A stretch of DNA of 64,000 nucleotides, taken from the NCBI GenBank assembly GCA_964536285.1, contig CAZHXG010000002.1:66457-130456 (forward strand), given 5' to 3'. Shown here one piece after another: positions 16,088 to 25,972 of this stretch. The notes beneath the pieces were generated by a model. It saw only the letters and a program-made list of their open reading frames with translations, ran no database searches and had not been told where the DNA came from. Each line of letters starts with the position of its first letter. Positions within the stretch are counted from its first letter, which is position 1. This stretch comes from an uncultured Bifidobacteriaceae bacterium. GTDB taxonomy: Bacteria; Verrucomicrobiota; Verrucomicrobiia; Limisphaerales; UBA11358. The translations under genes and the position numbers were made by a program.

Positions 16088-16618
16088 ATGAAAATCGAAT
16101 CCCTTCACATCGGCATGAATGTCCGTCATCCGCAACATGGACTCGGAATCGTAAAGACCGTTTCGGAAACGACGGCGGACATTCTGTTCAACGAAGGCAA
16201 GCGAACCGTCGCTCCCGAACCGAGCGGGCTCGAACCCGCCGAGCCGCAAATGTCCGCAAGCGGATTGAATCTGCCGCTGAAACAATTCGTCGAACAAACG
16301 GTCGCGGCGGCGGTTGAAAAGCTTGGCCTGGAAAAACCGGATTCAACGATCGAAAAACTCGGCGTGCGCTGGCACGGCGGCAGATTGGTTTTGCATCCGG
16401 CGGACGCAACGTTGCAGACGAAGGACGTGCCGTTGGAAACTTTTTTTCATAAAATCGTGATGGTGCGCAACAATCTGCGCGTGCTGGAACAGAAGGTTAA
16501 CGCGCACGAAAAATTCACCGACGGCGAGAAGGTGGAGTTGCAGCAATATGTCACGCGCTGCTACGGTTCGTTGACGACGTTCAACGTCTTGTTCAAGGAC
16601 AAGGAAGACCAGTTTTGA
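16088..16618 (+). CDS. Hypothetical protein (176 aa) with an N-terminal DUF3553/UvrD-C-like Tudor-type motif
   Basis: GMNVRHPQHGLGIVKTV resembles the small beta-barrel motif found at the UvrD/PcrA C-terminus. The rest is helical. No firm family. Confidence 0.55.
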   Translation: MKIESLHIGMNVRHPQHGLGIVKTVSETTADILFNEGKRTVAPEPSGLEPAEPQMSASGLNLPLKQFVEQTVAAAVEKLGLEKPDSTIEKLGVRWHGGRLVLHPADATLQTKDVPLETFFHKIVMVRNNLRVLEQKVNAHEKFTDGEKVELQQYVTRCYGSLTTFNVLFKDKEDQF

Positions 16619-16620
16619 GA

Positions 16621-16695
16621 TGGTGCGCGCTGCAGGGTTTGAACCTGCGACCCCATCCGTGTGAAGGATGTGCTCTACCGCTGAGCTAAGCGCGC
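16621..16695 (-). tRNA. tRNA-Val (anticodon CAC)
   Basis: Folded by hand: acceptor GCGCGCT/AGCGCGC, D-arm GCTC-AGCGGTA-GAGC, anticodon stem CATCC/GGATG with loop TTCACAC, T-arm GCAGG-TTCAAAC-CCTGC, discriminator A, encoded CCA. Confidence 0.9.
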
Positions 16696-16836
16696 GACGC
16701 CACTTCAAGCTAAAGAACGTGGAAAAATCCGCAAGACTTTGTTCGACCTCCGCAACTTATCCGCACATAAAAATAAATTAAGATTGTGGCCGAACGATGG
16801 ATTTTCGATTGGCATGGCCGGTGCTTTTGATCATGC

Positions 16837-17346
16837 GTGCAGAAAACCGGATATTTCGGTCGGTTGTTTCGTCTGTTCGCCACGAAGAATGTTCTTCCAG
16901 TCATCGTCGCGCTTCTGGCCTTTGGCGCGATTCAAGTTGATTCAAAAGCACCCTCGTATCCATCGGCGGCGATTCGTCAAAAATCACCGCTGAAACAACC
17001 TGTCGCGGCAATTCATGTTTCCCCCACAGCCAATCTTGCTCCTCCATCTGCTGCATCCGCTGATTTCCTGCGCAAAGTCCAAAAAGAAATTTGGGTCGGT
17101 TTTAAAATGGAAGGTTCAAACAATTTTTTGCCCGGTGTGCGCCTTGAAAAAAGCCCCGGTCAAAATCCGGGCGCCCAGCTTGTGCTCGTTCACAAAAAAC
17201 TGGGCGCGACAGAATGTTCGGAGCGCTGGATGGATATTCAGGCCGGATACGGATCCGCTTGTTTTGACCACGCCGACCTGGAAAAAATCGACCCGAACTG
17301 GGTGGAACCCGGCTTGCTTTATCTCAAGGCCAGTTTCAGTTTTTGA
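16837..17346 (+). CDS. Hypothetical membrane-anchored/exported protein (169 aa)
   Basis: GTG start and one N-terminal hydrophobic segment ([14 protein letters not shown]). Its 3' end overlaps the convergent nadB by 11 nt. No motif recognised. Confidence 0.45.
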   Translation: MQKTGYFGRLFRLFATKNVLPVIVALLAFGAIQVDSKAPSYPSAAIRQKSPLKQPVAAIHVSPTANLAPPSAASADFLRKVQKEIWVGFKMEGSNNFLPGVRLEKSPGQNPGAQLVLVHKKLGATECSERWMDIQAGYGSACFDHADLEKIDPNWVEPGLLYLKASFSF

Positions 17347-18940
17347 TTCTACGCACAACCGTGTCGTGTTGCGCCCATGCGGGGTCTGGATTCGGATAAT
17401 CCAGATTGTAATGCAGCCCCCGGCTTTCCGTCCGCATCAACGCGCACTTCACGATCAATTCCGCCACCGTCGCGATGTTGCGCAACTCCAGCAAATCGCC
17501 CGTCACGATGAAATTCCAGTAATATTCCTGAATTTCCTCCTGCAGATTGGCGATGCGTTTCTGCGCGCGCTGCAACCGCTTGTTCGTGCGCACGATACCG
17601 ACGTAATCCCACATCAACCGCCGGATTTCGTCCCAATTGTGCGAGACGACGACCAGCTCGTCCGCGTTCGTCGCGTTGCCCGATTGCCACAACGGAATTT
17701 TTGCGTCAATTTTTTGCAACGGACTTGAAAGAATTTTTTCCGCAGCACGATGCGCGCAAACGAGCGCTTCCAAAAGCGAATTGCTCGCCAGCCGGTTCGC
17801 GCCGTGCAATCCCGTGCAGGCCACTTCGCCAACGGCGTAAAGTCCGGAGATATCCGTCTCACCGTCCACGTTTGTCACCACACCACCTGCCTGATGATGC
17901 GCCGCCGGTACGACGGGGATCGGCTCCTTCGTGATGTCAATTCCGTAACGCAAACACGTCTGATAAATGTTTGGAAAACGTTCGCGGATGAATTCCGCCG
18001 GTTTGTGCGTGATATCGAGCAGCACGCAATCTGCGCCGCTCTTTTTCATCTCGCTGTCAATCGCCCGCGCCACGATGTCGCGCGGTGCGAGCGATTTCAA
18101 TGGATGAACGCCGTCCATGAATTCCTTGCCGTCGAGCGTTTTCAAAATTCCGCCTTCGCCGCGAACGGCTTCGGAAATCAAAAACGATTTCGCCTTCGGA
18201 TGATACAGGCACGTCGGATGAAACTGGATGAACTCCATGTTCGCGATGCTCGCGCCCGCGCGATACGCCATCGCCACGCCGTCGCCGGTCGCGATGTCGG
18301 GATTCGTCGTGTAAAGATAAACTTTGCCGCAGCCACCCGTCGCCAGCAGCGTCACCGGTGCGGAAAACGTTTCAACGCGATTTGATTTCTTGTCAAAAAC
18401 GTAGGCGCCCAGGCAGCGGTTGCCGTCTTTCAATCCGATTTTTTTGGTGGTGATCAAATCAATCGCCAGATGATTTTCGAAAATGGAAATGTTCGCCTGC
18501 TTGGAAATCGCGTTGAGCAGCGCGGTTTCGATTTCGTGGCCGGTCACGTCCTTCGCGTGGAGAATCCGGCGTTTGGAATGTCCGCCTTCGCGTCCCAAAT
18601 CCAGTTCATGCGCGCCGTGCGACGCCGGAATCTCGCGCTCGGAAAATTTCATGCCGAGTTCGATCAACTCTTGAATCCGCGCCGGGCCTTCTTCGACAAT
18701 CGTGCGGACGACATTTTCTTTGCACAAACCCGCGCCCGCTTCGAGCGTGTCGCGCACATGCAGCTCGAACGAATCCTCCTTGCTCGTCACCGACGCGATG
18801 CCGCCCTGCGCGTAATTCGTGTTCGACTCCGCGCGGTCTTTTTTCGTGACGATGGCCACGCGCCCGCGCGGCGCGACCTTCAGCGCGAACGTCAGTCCCG
18901 CGATGCCGCTGCCGAGGACGAGATAATCAAATTGTTTCAT
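17336..18940 (-). CDS. nadB: L-aspartate oxidase
   Basis: FAD-binding [12 protein letters not shown]. Full-length NadB/succinate-dehydrogenase-flavoprotein-like pattern (RGEGG, HYxMGG-like HHQAGG). Start trimmed to MKQFDYL (ATG 18940). Confidence 0.93.
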   Translation of the reverse strand: MKQFDYLVLGSGIAGLTFALKVAPRGRVAIVTKKDRAESNTNYAQGGIASVTSKEDSFELHVRDTLEAGAGLCKENVVRTIVEEGPARIQELIELGMKFSEREIPASHGAHELDLGREGGHSKRRILHAKDVTGHEIETALLNAISKQANISIFENHLAIDLITTKKIGLKDGNRCLGAYVFDKKSNRVETFSAPVTLLATGGCGKVYLYTTNPDIATGDGVAMAYRAGASIANMEFIQFHPTCLYHPKAKSFLISEAVRGEGGILKTLDGKEFMDGVHPLKSLAPRDIVARAIDSEMKKSGADCVLLDITHKPAEFIRERFPNIYQTCLRYGIDITKEPIPVVPAAHHQAGGVVTNVDGETDISGLYAVGEVACTGLHGANRLASNSLLEALVCAHRAAEKILSSPLQKIDAKIPLWQSGNATNADELVVVSHNWDEIRRLMWDYVGIVRTNKRLQRAQKRIANLQEEIQEYYWNFIVTGDLLELRNIATVAELIVKCALMRTESRGLHYNLDYPNPDPAWAQHDTVVRRIKN

Positions 18941-19562
18941 TTTCTGAATCAAAAGCGTCTTCCCAATCGTGAATAATTCTCCCGCCAAACATTGACATTA
19001 CAAGATTGCCTTTTTCTTCGCCAAGTGAACGACTCCAGTCGGAAATGTTCAGTTCAGATAAATGTTTGAACAATGGCGGGAATGTATTCAATACATCAAT
19101 ATATTTTGCAGCATCCAATTTATCCCAAAGAAGCCTAACAGAATTCAGATCAGAAAGTTCTCGATGTGCGCCAATCTGATTTCGAATTTCTCGAAGTTCT
19201 TTTTCAACTAGCTCTAGCTCGGACCAAAGCTCTTTGAACAATCGCTTCGCTTCAAGAAATTCTTTTTTAGTAATGTAGCGCCAGGGAGGTGACTTTCCTT
19301 TTACTAAACGCTCTGATTTCATTACGACACCTTGCATTTCTTTGAGAGAATCCACCAATGAAACAAATTCGATTATAATGTGTTTAAACAACAACTTGTC
19401 CAAGACTTCGTTTTCAGATTTGTGCTTTAACCGAAGTCCATTCAGATTTTGTATGTCATTCCAAATATGGCTCAAATGGACAAGTATCTCGGCTGCACGA
19501 TTGCATGGATACCAAGAATGTATCTCTTCGTTGTAAACGGGAATGTAAGCGTCACCTTTCAC
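18927..19562 (-). CDS. AT-rich orphan protein (211 aa) with an R-x5-H motif; candidate HEPN-like domain
   Basis: GTG start overlaps the panC stop (GTGA), and the 3' end overlaps the nadB start by 14 nt. The sequence looks predominantly alpha-helical. [12 protein letters not shown] (nt 19164..19184 encode RNQIGAH). GC clearly lower than the flanks. Confidence 0.55.
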   Translation of the reverse strand: MKGDAYIPVYNEEIHSWYPCNRAAEILVHLSHIWNDIQNLNGLRLKHKSENEVLDKLLFKHIIIEFVSLVDSLKEMQGVVMKSERLVKGKSPPWRYITKKEFLEAKRLFKELWSELELVEKELREIRNQIGAHRELSDLNSVRLLWDKLDAAKYIDVLNTFPPLFKHLSELNISDWSRSLGEEKGNLVMSMFGGRIIHDWEDAFDSENETI

Positions 19563-20422
19563 AATTTTGCATTATCAATCAATCGCGTCTTGCCGATGAA
19601 AACGGCCAGCGCCATTTGTGTGCCGGATTTTATAGTTGAAACTGGCGACAATGTTTCCGGCTCAAAAAATTCGACGTAATCCAATTTTGTGTCCTGCTCG
19701 CTTTCAATAAGTTTTTTCAAGTCCGCTTTCAATTTTGCCGCTGAAATTGATTTTGATTTTTTCACGGCGGCTTTCGTGTTTTGAATCGCGCGCCAAAGAG
19801 TTGTCGCCTGCCGTCGCAAATCGCCAGCGAGATATTTGTTGCGCGAACTCATCGCCAGACCATCGCGTTCGCGCAACGTCGGCGCGACAATAATTTTCAA
19901 TGGAAAATTCAAATCGCTCACCATGTGTTTGATGACAGCTGCCTGTTGAAAATCCTTTTGGCCGAACACCGCCATGTCCGGCAAAACAATGTTGAACAAT
20001 TTAGCGACGACGGTCGTCACGCCGCGAAAATGCGTTGGTCGCGATGCGCCTTCCATCGTCTGTGATAATTTTTCTTCGACGACGTAAGTGCTGAATCTAT
20101 TTTCAGATTTGTTCGGATACATTTCCGAATCGCTCGGCGTGAAAACAACATCCGTGTTCAATTCGCGCAGCAATTTCAAGTCACGTTTCAAGTCGCGCGG
20201 ATATTTTGAAAGGTCTTCCGTCGGCGCGAACTGCGTCGGGTTCACATAAATGCTTACAACGACTTTGCCGTTTTTGCCGACGGCTTGCCGCGCGCGTTTC
20301 ACGAGGCTCAAATGGCCGGTGTGCAAATAACCCATCGTCGGCACGAAGCCGATGCGCGTGCCGGCGCGCTGCCATTTTTTGGCGAGCCGTTGCATCGCGG
20401 CGACGGATTTGACGATTTGCAT
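19559..20422 (-). CDS. panC: Pantoate--beta-alanine ligase
   Basis: 287 aa. PTMGYLHTGHLSLV (HxGH) and full-length PanC pattern. Confidence 0.95.
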   Translation of the reverse strand: MQIVKSVAAMQRLAKKWQRAGTRIGFVPTMGYLHTGHLSLVKRARQAVGKNGKVVVSIYVNPTQFAPTEDLSKYPRDLKRDLKLLRELNTDVVFTPSDSEMYPNKSENRFSTYVVEEKLSQTMEGASRPTHFRGVTTVVAKLFNIVLPDMAVFGQKDFQQAAVIKHMVSDLNFPLKIIVAPTLRERDGLAMSSRNKYLAGDLRRQATTLWRAIQNTKAAVKKSKSISAAKLKADLKKLIESEQDTKLDYVEFFEPETLSPVSTIKSGTQMALAVFIGKTRLIDNAKL

Positions 20423-20447
20423 GGCGGCAAGGTTAATGACGATTCAC

Positions 20448-20483
20448 CAAACAAACAAGCCGCGCGGATTGCTCCACGCGGCT
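20448..20483 (-). terminator. Putative rho-independent terminator downstream of the glutaredoxin-like gene
   Basis: On the minus strand: AGCCGCG-(12-nt loop)-CGCGGCT followed by TGTTTGTTTGG. Confidence 0.45.
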
Positions 20484-20501
20484 CGTGCGATTCAGAAATT
20501 T

Positions 20502-20846
20502 TCAGTGGCGCGCGGCGAAATTCAGCGGTGAACTCTGCGGCATTTCGTGGGCGCAGGACTGGTTGATCGGCGCGTCGGGCGTGCGGTCGTTGGGCGTGAC
20601 GATTTTGTTCGCGAGCATCCAGGCTTCGACTTCCTCGCCGCTGATGTCGGGCAGCATGTGGCCGTTGATCTCGACGCACGGGCTCAACATCTGGCCGCTC
20701 TTCTCGATCATTTCCTGGCGCTGCAACGGGTCGTTGATGACGTCGCGGTCTTCGTAAGGCAGGTCGTATTTTTTGAGCACGGCGCGGACGCCCTGGCTCC
20801 AGCCGCAGGTCGGTTTCAAATAGGCAACAATCTTTGGTTTGTTCAT
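20502..20846 (-). CDS. Glutaredoxin-like protein (CxxS active site)
   Basis: MNKPKIVAYLKPTCGWSQGVRAVLKKYDLPYEDRDV..., a thioredoxin-fold Grx pattern with TCGWS. Has a C-terminal ~30-aa extension. Start trimmed to the ATG at 20846. Confidence 0.75.
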   Translation of the reverse strand: MNKPKIVAYLKPTCGWSQGVRAVLKKYDLPYEDRDVINDPLQRQEMIEKSGQMLSPCVEINGHMLPDISGEEVEAWMLANKIVTPNDRTPDAPINQSCAHEMPQSSPLNFAARH

Positions 20847-20940
20847 GGCAACACAATGCCACATTCAAAAGCACAGGGCAAATTTTTTAGCCGAGTGAAA
20901 AACTTCTTAACCACGGATAAATCAGGGATGTGAAATCGAA

Positions 20941-21195
20941 TCAAGACAGTAACTGGTCATACTCTGAATGATGGCCTATCCAAAACCAGTTCAAACCTTC
21001 CGCACGGTCTTTGGCAACAGCGCGATAATGAATGCCCACGCGCGCCGTCCAGAACTTGCCCGCCTTTTTCAATCGCAATGAAGGATGACGGGGATTTTGT
21101 TTGAGTAACTCGAAATCTTTTTCCGCGAGCCGCTGGATTTCTTCAGGCAAGCGGTTGAAGTGCTGCCAGAACTCCGGCGTGGTGAAGTGCGTCAT
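20941..21195 (-). CDS. RelE/ParE-superfamily-like toxin (84 aa)
   Basis: MTHFTTPEFWQHFNRLPEEIQRLAEKDFELLKQNPRHPSLRLKK...WTARVGIHYRAVA, typical of small RelE/ParE-like toxins. ATGA overlap with the upstream antitoxin. Confidence 0.65.
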   Translation of the reverse strand: MTHFTTPEFWQHFNRLPEEIQRLAEKDFELLKQNPRHPSLRLKKAGKFWTARVGIHYRAVAKDRAEGLNWFWIGHHSEYDQLLS

Positions 21196-21392
21196 AGCGG
21201 ACGGCACTTGCCCTGCTCAAACGCGCGGTCGGCGGCTTCACCCAGCTTGTCGAGTTTGCCAGACTGCACGTCGGCGGCGAACCGTTTTTCCCATTTCTCC
21301 GCCAGATAATCCTCGAACCAGCCGGACAATTGCCCGAGCGAATGATCATCCAATTGTCCAATCGCCGCTTCAATGTCTTGCACTGTGCTCAT
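21192..21392 (-). CDS. Putative antitoxin (66 aa)
   Basis: Small acidic helical protein (MSTVQDIEAAIGQLDDHSLGQLSGWFEDYLAEKWEK...) translationally coupled to the toxin. Start trimmed to the ATG at 21392. Confidence 0.55.
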   Translation of the reverse strand: MSTVQDIEAAIGQLDDHSLGQLSGWFEDYLAEKWEKRFAADVQSGKLDKLGEAADRAFEQGKCRPL

Positions 21393-21440
21393 ACTCGCTA
21401 AATTAAACGAGGACGGTTGGTTTGGCAAAGCGCAAAAATA

Positions 21441-22592
21441 TCACCGCTCATCACTCGCCAGTTTCCGCGCCGCCAGGATTTTTTGCGACGGTTTGTAGTT
21501 GGCGATGAAGTTGCGGTGGTAATCCGCGAACGTCCCCGCCGCGATCGCCGCGCGCACTTCGGTCATCACTTTCAGATACAGGTGCGAGTTGTGGACGCTC
21601 ACCATGCGCAGGCCGAGAATTTCATTCGCGCGCAGCAGGTGGCGCAGATACGCGCGCGTGAAGGTGCGGCACGCGTAACATTCGCAGCCTTCCTCGATCG
21701 GGCCGAAATCCGTTTTGTAACACGCGCCCTTGAGGCCGAACGCGCCGGTGTGCGTGACCGCCGTGCCGGTGCGCGCGATGCGCGTGGGCAGCACGCAGTC
21801 GAACATGTCCACGCCGCGCGCGATCAACTCGACCATTTGCGCGGGCGTGCCGAGGCCCATCGCGTAACGCGCTTTTTTTTCAGGCAAAAATGGAACGGCC
21901 AGTTCAATCGCCTTGAACATTTCCGGCTCCGGTTCGCCGACGCTCACGCCGCCGATGGCGTAACCGTCAAATTCCATTTCCACGAGCGCCTTCGCGCATT
22001 GCTCGCGCAACGCGGCGTCGCTGCCACCCTGCACGATGCCGAAAATTGTCTGGCCGTCGGCGCGCGGCTGTTCGCGACATTCGCGCGCCCAGCGGATGGT
22101 GCGTTCGACGGCAAGGCGCTGTTCCTTCGCAGTCGCGTCGTGCGGCGGACATTCGTCGAAAACCATGGCAATGTCCGAGCCGAGCACGCGCTGGATTTCC
22201 ATGGATTCCTTCGGGCCAATAAATAAAAGCGAGCCATCAAGATGTGAACGAAATTCCACGCCGTGTTCTTTCACTTTGCGAATTTTCGCAAGGCTGAAAA
22301 CTTGAAAGCCACCGCTGTCGGTGAGAATCGGTTTTTCCCAATTCATGAACTTGTGCAAACCGCCTGCGGCGCGGATGACATCGAGGCCGGGGCGCAAATT
22401 AAGATGATAAGTGTTGCCAAGAATGATCTGCGTGCCCATCTCGTGAAGTTCGCGCAGATCGAGCGCCTTGACGCTGGCCTGCGTCCCGACGGGCATGAAC
22501 ATGGGCGTCTCAATGACACCGCGCGTCGTGGTCAATCTGCCGAGACGCGCTTTGGTGTGCGGATCGTTTTTGAGGAGTTCAAACATTTTCAA
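21441..22592 (-). CDS. tgt: Queuine tRNA-ribosyltransferase
   Basis: 383 aa. ILTDSGGFQVFSL, the zinc-site CxCxxC (CECYAC) and the full TGT pattern. Confidence 0.96.
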   Translation of the reverse strand: MKMFELLKNDPHTKARLGRLTTTRGVIETPMFMPVGTQASVKALDLRELHEMGTQIILGNTYHLNLRPGLDVIRAAGGLHKFMNWEKPILTDSGGFQVFSLAKIRKVKEHGVEFRSHLDGSLLFIGPKESMEIQRVLGSDIAMVFDECPPHDATAKEQRLAVERTIRWARECREQPRADGQTIFGIVQGGSDAALREQCAKALVEMEFDGYAIGGVSVGEPEPEMFKAIELAVPFLPEKKARYAMGLGTPAQMVELIARGVDMFDCVLPTRIARTGTAVTHTGAFGLKGACYKTDFGPIEEGCECYACRTFTRAYLRHLLRANEILGLRMVSVHNSHLYLKVMTEVRAAIAAGTFADYHRNFIANYKPSQKILAARKLASDER

Positions 22593-24490
22593 AAACCCGG
22601 AAATAAATTCTTCCGGCCGGAAGCGTTGTCGTTCAATTTTTGTTCCGCCAAATCGAGATAGGATTGGGCGATTTGATTATTACTCCATTGGAGGCGCAAT
22701 GAGCGCCGCAGCCACGGGCGCGCGGCGGCGTAATCTCCAGCCTGAACATAATGCCAGCCGATATTCGCGGTGGTGTAGTAGCCGTTCGGGTCAAGTGCAT
22801 CGGCACGATTGAAATAGAGTCCGGCTTCATCGAAATGACCGAGCCAATCGAGGCACATCCCGTAGCGCAGATAACTGTAGCCGTCATAACGGTCAAGTTC
22901 CCAACTGCGTTTGAACCGATCCATCGCGGTTTTCGCCAGAGCGTCGGAATTTACCCCGCCGTCGAAACTCTGCGTGCGGTAACATTCGCCGATGGCGTAG
23001 GCGGTCTCAAAATTTTCCGGCTCGACGGCGAAGGCTTTTTCCAGAGCCGCGGCGCGCTCGGGCGAAAAATTCGGCAATCTCGCCGCGCGGTCGAGCCAGA
23101 CCTGTTCGCGGTCGCGTCGCCACCCTTGATGACCCAAATAAACAATTCCGGCTGCGAGCGCGAGCGTCGCAAAAATTTTCACGGGCAGCCGGAGGTTGAG
23201 CCAGAATTTTTCCGTGGCGAACCGCAGATTGCCGCTCAAAAGCGCGAGCAGCGCGACGCCGAAGATGGCGTTGGCCGGGATGTGCAGGTTGAAATCCACG
23301 ACGGAATGGAGCGCGAGCGCCAGCAGTCCGGTGGACGCGCCGAGAAAAAATGCGTGGCGGTTGCTCCTGCCGCTGCCGAATTCCTTTCCCGCGCGGCGAA
23401 CGTGCCTGCGCGTTTGCAACAGGCCGCCGGCGAACAGCGTCATTCCCGCGAACGCGATGATTCCGCCGGTCGCGCCCCAATCGGCGAGCAGGTTCAGATA
23501 ATCATTGTGCGCGCGGTCGGGGCGCAACTGCACACGTTCGGAACGATATTCGCGAAAGCGATAATCGTAATGCGCCGGACCGACGCCGAACCAGAAATTA
23601 TCGCGCCACATTTGCGCCGCCGCCACCCACAGGTCGCCACGCAGGTCGAGTTCGACATGGCTGCCGCCGTTCAACTCATCCATGCGCTGGATGTAGGTCG
23701 TCGTCCGCGCCAGATATTTGGTGAAGAAAACCGCGCCGCCAGCGAACAGGGCCAGCAGAAGCAGAAATGCCGGGAGCTGATGTTGCCGGTAAAAAAGCAG
23801 GATTCCCAAAAGCGCCAGCAGCCCGACCGCCACCGCCGACCAGCCGCCGCGTGAAAATGTCACGACGACACCGGCCGCGATGAGCAGGGCAGAGTAGCCG
23901 AGCAAAATTCGCGTCAACGGCTTCATGCGACCGACCAGGATGTAAGCGACCGACAGCGGCAGGAGCATTTCGAGAAAACCCGCGAGGTTGTTCGGCGAGA
24001 TGTAAGTGCCCGTGCCGCGTCCCGGATACAACGCGATGAAGTTCCAGACATGGTTTGAATGCGTGAAGAATTGATAGACGGCGTAGCACGAAATCCCCAT
24101 CGCCAGAAAAATCATCGTGAAGCTGATGACCTGTGAAAATTCCTGCCGGTACAGATTGTTGACGATGGCGAAAAACAGAAACGCGCAGATCAAAACCTGG
24201 ATGAGTTCCTTTCGGGCGACGTATTCGATGTCCGCTGTGAGATAGCGCGCGACGGCGTAAACGGTGAACGCGAGCACGACCCAGCAGATCGGCGGCCAGA
24301 GCAGTTGCGGCCTCGGGCTGATCCAGATCCGCAGCGCCCATAGAAGCATGACGCCAATCGTCAATCCCTGAACGACGAGAAATTCCCACGCGTCAACCGC
24401 GCCCATCGCCAGCGGGCCGAAAACCAGAATGGCAAGGACGAGCGCAAGAATGCCAAGCTCGAAAATTTTGTCCAATGCTTCACGATTCAT
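22589..24490 (-). CDS. O-antigen ligase/polymerase-like (Wzy_C) membrane protein with C-terminal TPR domain
   Basis: About 12 TM segments and a large periplasmic loop, followed by a ~200-aa TPR-like C-terminus. 4-nt overlap with tgt. Confidence 0.7.
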   Translation of the reverse strand: MNREALDKIFELGILALVLAILVFGPLAMGAVDAWEFLVVQGLTIGVMLLWALRIWISPRPQLLWPPICWVVLAFTVYAVARYLTADIEYVARKELIQVLICAFLFFAIVNNLYRQEFSQVISFTMIFLAMGISCYAVYQFFTHSNHVWNFIALYPGRGTGTYISPNNLAGFLEMLLPLSVAYILVGRMKPLTRILLGYSALLIAAGVVVTFSRGGWSAVAVGLLALLGILLFYRQHQLPAFLLLLALFAGGAVFFTKYLARTTTYIQRMDELNGGSHVELDLRGDLWVAAAQMWRDNFWFGVGPAHYDYRFREYRSERVQLRPDRAHNDYLNLLADWGATGGIIAFAGMTLFAGGLLQTRRHVRRAGKEFGSGRSNRHAFFLGASTGLLALALHSVVDFNLHIPANAIFGVALLALLSGNLRFATEKFWLNLRLPVKIFATLALAAGIVYLGHQGWRRDREQVWLDRAARLPNFSPERAAALEKAFAVEPENFETAYAIGECYRTQSFDGGVNSDALAKTAMDRFKRSWELDRYDGYSYLRYGMCLDWLGHFDEAGLYFNRADALDPNGYYTTANIGWHYVQAGDYAAARPWLRRSLRLQWSNNQIAQSYLDLAEQKLNDNASGRKNLFPGF

Positions 24491-24547
24491 CGCTGGTTTC
24501 GCAGCAAAATGAATTGTGATTGTCGCGGAGTAAAGCGGATTTGCCTT

Positions 24548-24784
24548 TCAACTGCGCGCGGCCGGTTTCTTTTTGGAAGTTTCAGGACGGAATTCCAGGA
24601 TTTCCCCCGGCTGGCAGTCGAGCGTTTCGCAAATCGCCTCGAGCGTGGAGAAGCGGATGGCCTTGGCCTTGCCGGTTTTGAGGATGGACAGGTTTTGCGG
24701 CGTGATGTCCACGGCCTCGGCCAGATCGTTCAGCCGCATTTTGCGCTGCGCGAGAACCACGTCGAGATTGACGATGATGGGCAT
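24548..24784 (-). CDS. XRE/Cro-C1 family HTH regulator (YozG-like)
   Basis: 78 aa. LAQRKMRLNDLAEAVDITPQNLSILKTGKAKAIRFSTLEAICETLDCQPGEILEF is the YozG-type signature that usually accompanies DUF2975 membrane proteins. Confidence 0.85.
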   Translation of the reverse strand: MPIIVNLDVVLAQRKMRLNDLAEAVDITPQNLSILKTGKAKAIRFSTLEAICETLDCQPGEILEFRPETSKKKPAARS

Positions 24785-24788
24785 AAAC

Positions 24789-25337
24789 TTAAACCGTCAA
24801 TTCCTGTTCCTCTTGAATCTTCCGGCCTTCGTCCATGATGCGGGAAATCACAACCAAGAAAAGTCCTACAATAACCCAAGGCGACGTTAAAAATGCACAA
24901 ATACTAATCCATACAAAATTCAACGACATGGGAAACGAACCAATCCATGCAAACCACGTTGAAATTAGCAGCGGACTAAATATGCCGAGAAATCCATAAA
25001 TAAAAGCCAAACATCCGATTCTGCCAAGTAGTTGAACATTTCTGCCGGAAAAAATAATTCCTTTTTCAAAAAGGTTTAATAATTGATACCAAGTTATGAC
25101 GACTGCAAAAATTAAGCCAGCTCCCAATACAACAATCAATTTCGCGCCGAATGGCGCGTCAGAAAATGTCGTGTATGTTCCCCAAACTATTTGAACTCCA
25201 TCCGGCATCTTGCGAACAAACGGGAGACATCCGAAGAAAACAAAATACAGCAGAGATAGAATTTTAAGAATCCGGCTCATAATTTTGATTCGATTCAACC
25301 GAAGATTGGCCTTTGGAGAAATTTCATTCGCATTCAT
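24789..25337 (-). CDS. DUF2975-like membrane protein (paralogue 1)
   Basis: 182 aa, four or five TM segments, C-terminal IMDEGRKIQEEQELTV typical of DUF2975. AT-rich. Confidence 0.7.
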   Translation of the reverse strand: MNANEISPKANLRLNRIKIMSRILKILSLLYFVFFGCLPFVRKMPDGVQIVWGTYTTFSDAPFGAKLIVVLGAGLIFAVVITWYQLLNLFEKGIIFSGRNVQLLGRIGCLAFIYGFLGIFSPLLISTWFAWIGSFPMSLNFVWISICAFLTSPWVIVGLFLVVISRIMDEGRKIQEEQELTV

Positions 25338-25358
25338 AAATTTGAAAAGTTGGTTTAG

Positions 25359-25928
25359 TTAAACCGTCAATTCCTGCTCCTCTTGAATCTTCCGGCCTTC
25401 GTCCATGATCCAGGCAATTAAAACGATTACTGTTCCGGCCAATAAAAATCCGAAATTAATGCCCCAAATATCAAACGAGAAAAATCCCATGCGACTAATC
25501 GTCGCCTCTTTGACAGTGACGCTAACTCCCGGCGGCAAAGTTGGTTGGAACGGAATGATGGGATAATATTTGAGTAAAATATGATAAGTAGTTCCCAATA
25601 TCCATTGTGCCACGCATAACAATCCCAAAAATTTTATGCAACGCACAGCTTCAGAAGCAAAAATCAAACCCCGCTCATAAAAGCCGAACAATCGAGCCAG
25701 CTTCCAATACCAAAGACATATTACGATTTGTGTAGCCACCACACACAGAGCGCGCCAAGCATTGCCTTTGAAATTCCATGACGATCCTGACGAAAATAGG
25801 ACGCCAAAAAAGAAATAAACGATCAAGAGGATAAACAATGCCAGAAAGATATACCTAACAATCCGACTGACATTTCTGATTCGATTCAATCGAAAATTAG
25901 TTTTGGGAGAATTTTCATTCGCATTCAT
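25359..25928 (-). CDS. DUF2975-like membrane protein (paralogue 2)
   Basis: 189 aa from MNANENSPK. It has the same N-terminus (MNANExSPKxNxRLNRI) and an identical C-terminal 15 aa as paralogue 1. About 50 nt at the 3' ends are near-identical (24786..24838 vs 25358..25410). Confidence 0.7.
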   Translation of the reverse strand: MNANENSPKTNFRLNRIRNVSRIVRYIFLALFILLIVYFFFGVLFSSGSSWNFKGNAWRALCVVATQIVICLWYWKLARLFGFYERGLIFASEAVRCIKFLGLLCVAQWILGTTYHILLKYYPIIPFQPTLPPGVSVTVKEATISRMGFFSFDIWGINFGFLLAGTVIVLIAWIMDEGRKIQEEQELTV

Positions 25929-25972
25929 GGCGCAAGGAATAAACCAATCAATTCCGTAAGTCAAGCTTTTTT

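Noticed and set aside
16004-16297. N-terminal 98-aa extension of rnhB in the ORF track
   Set aside because: The extension has no RNase HII similarity and would overlap the + strand gene starting at 16088. The ATG at 16003 gives a normal 220-aa RNase HII.
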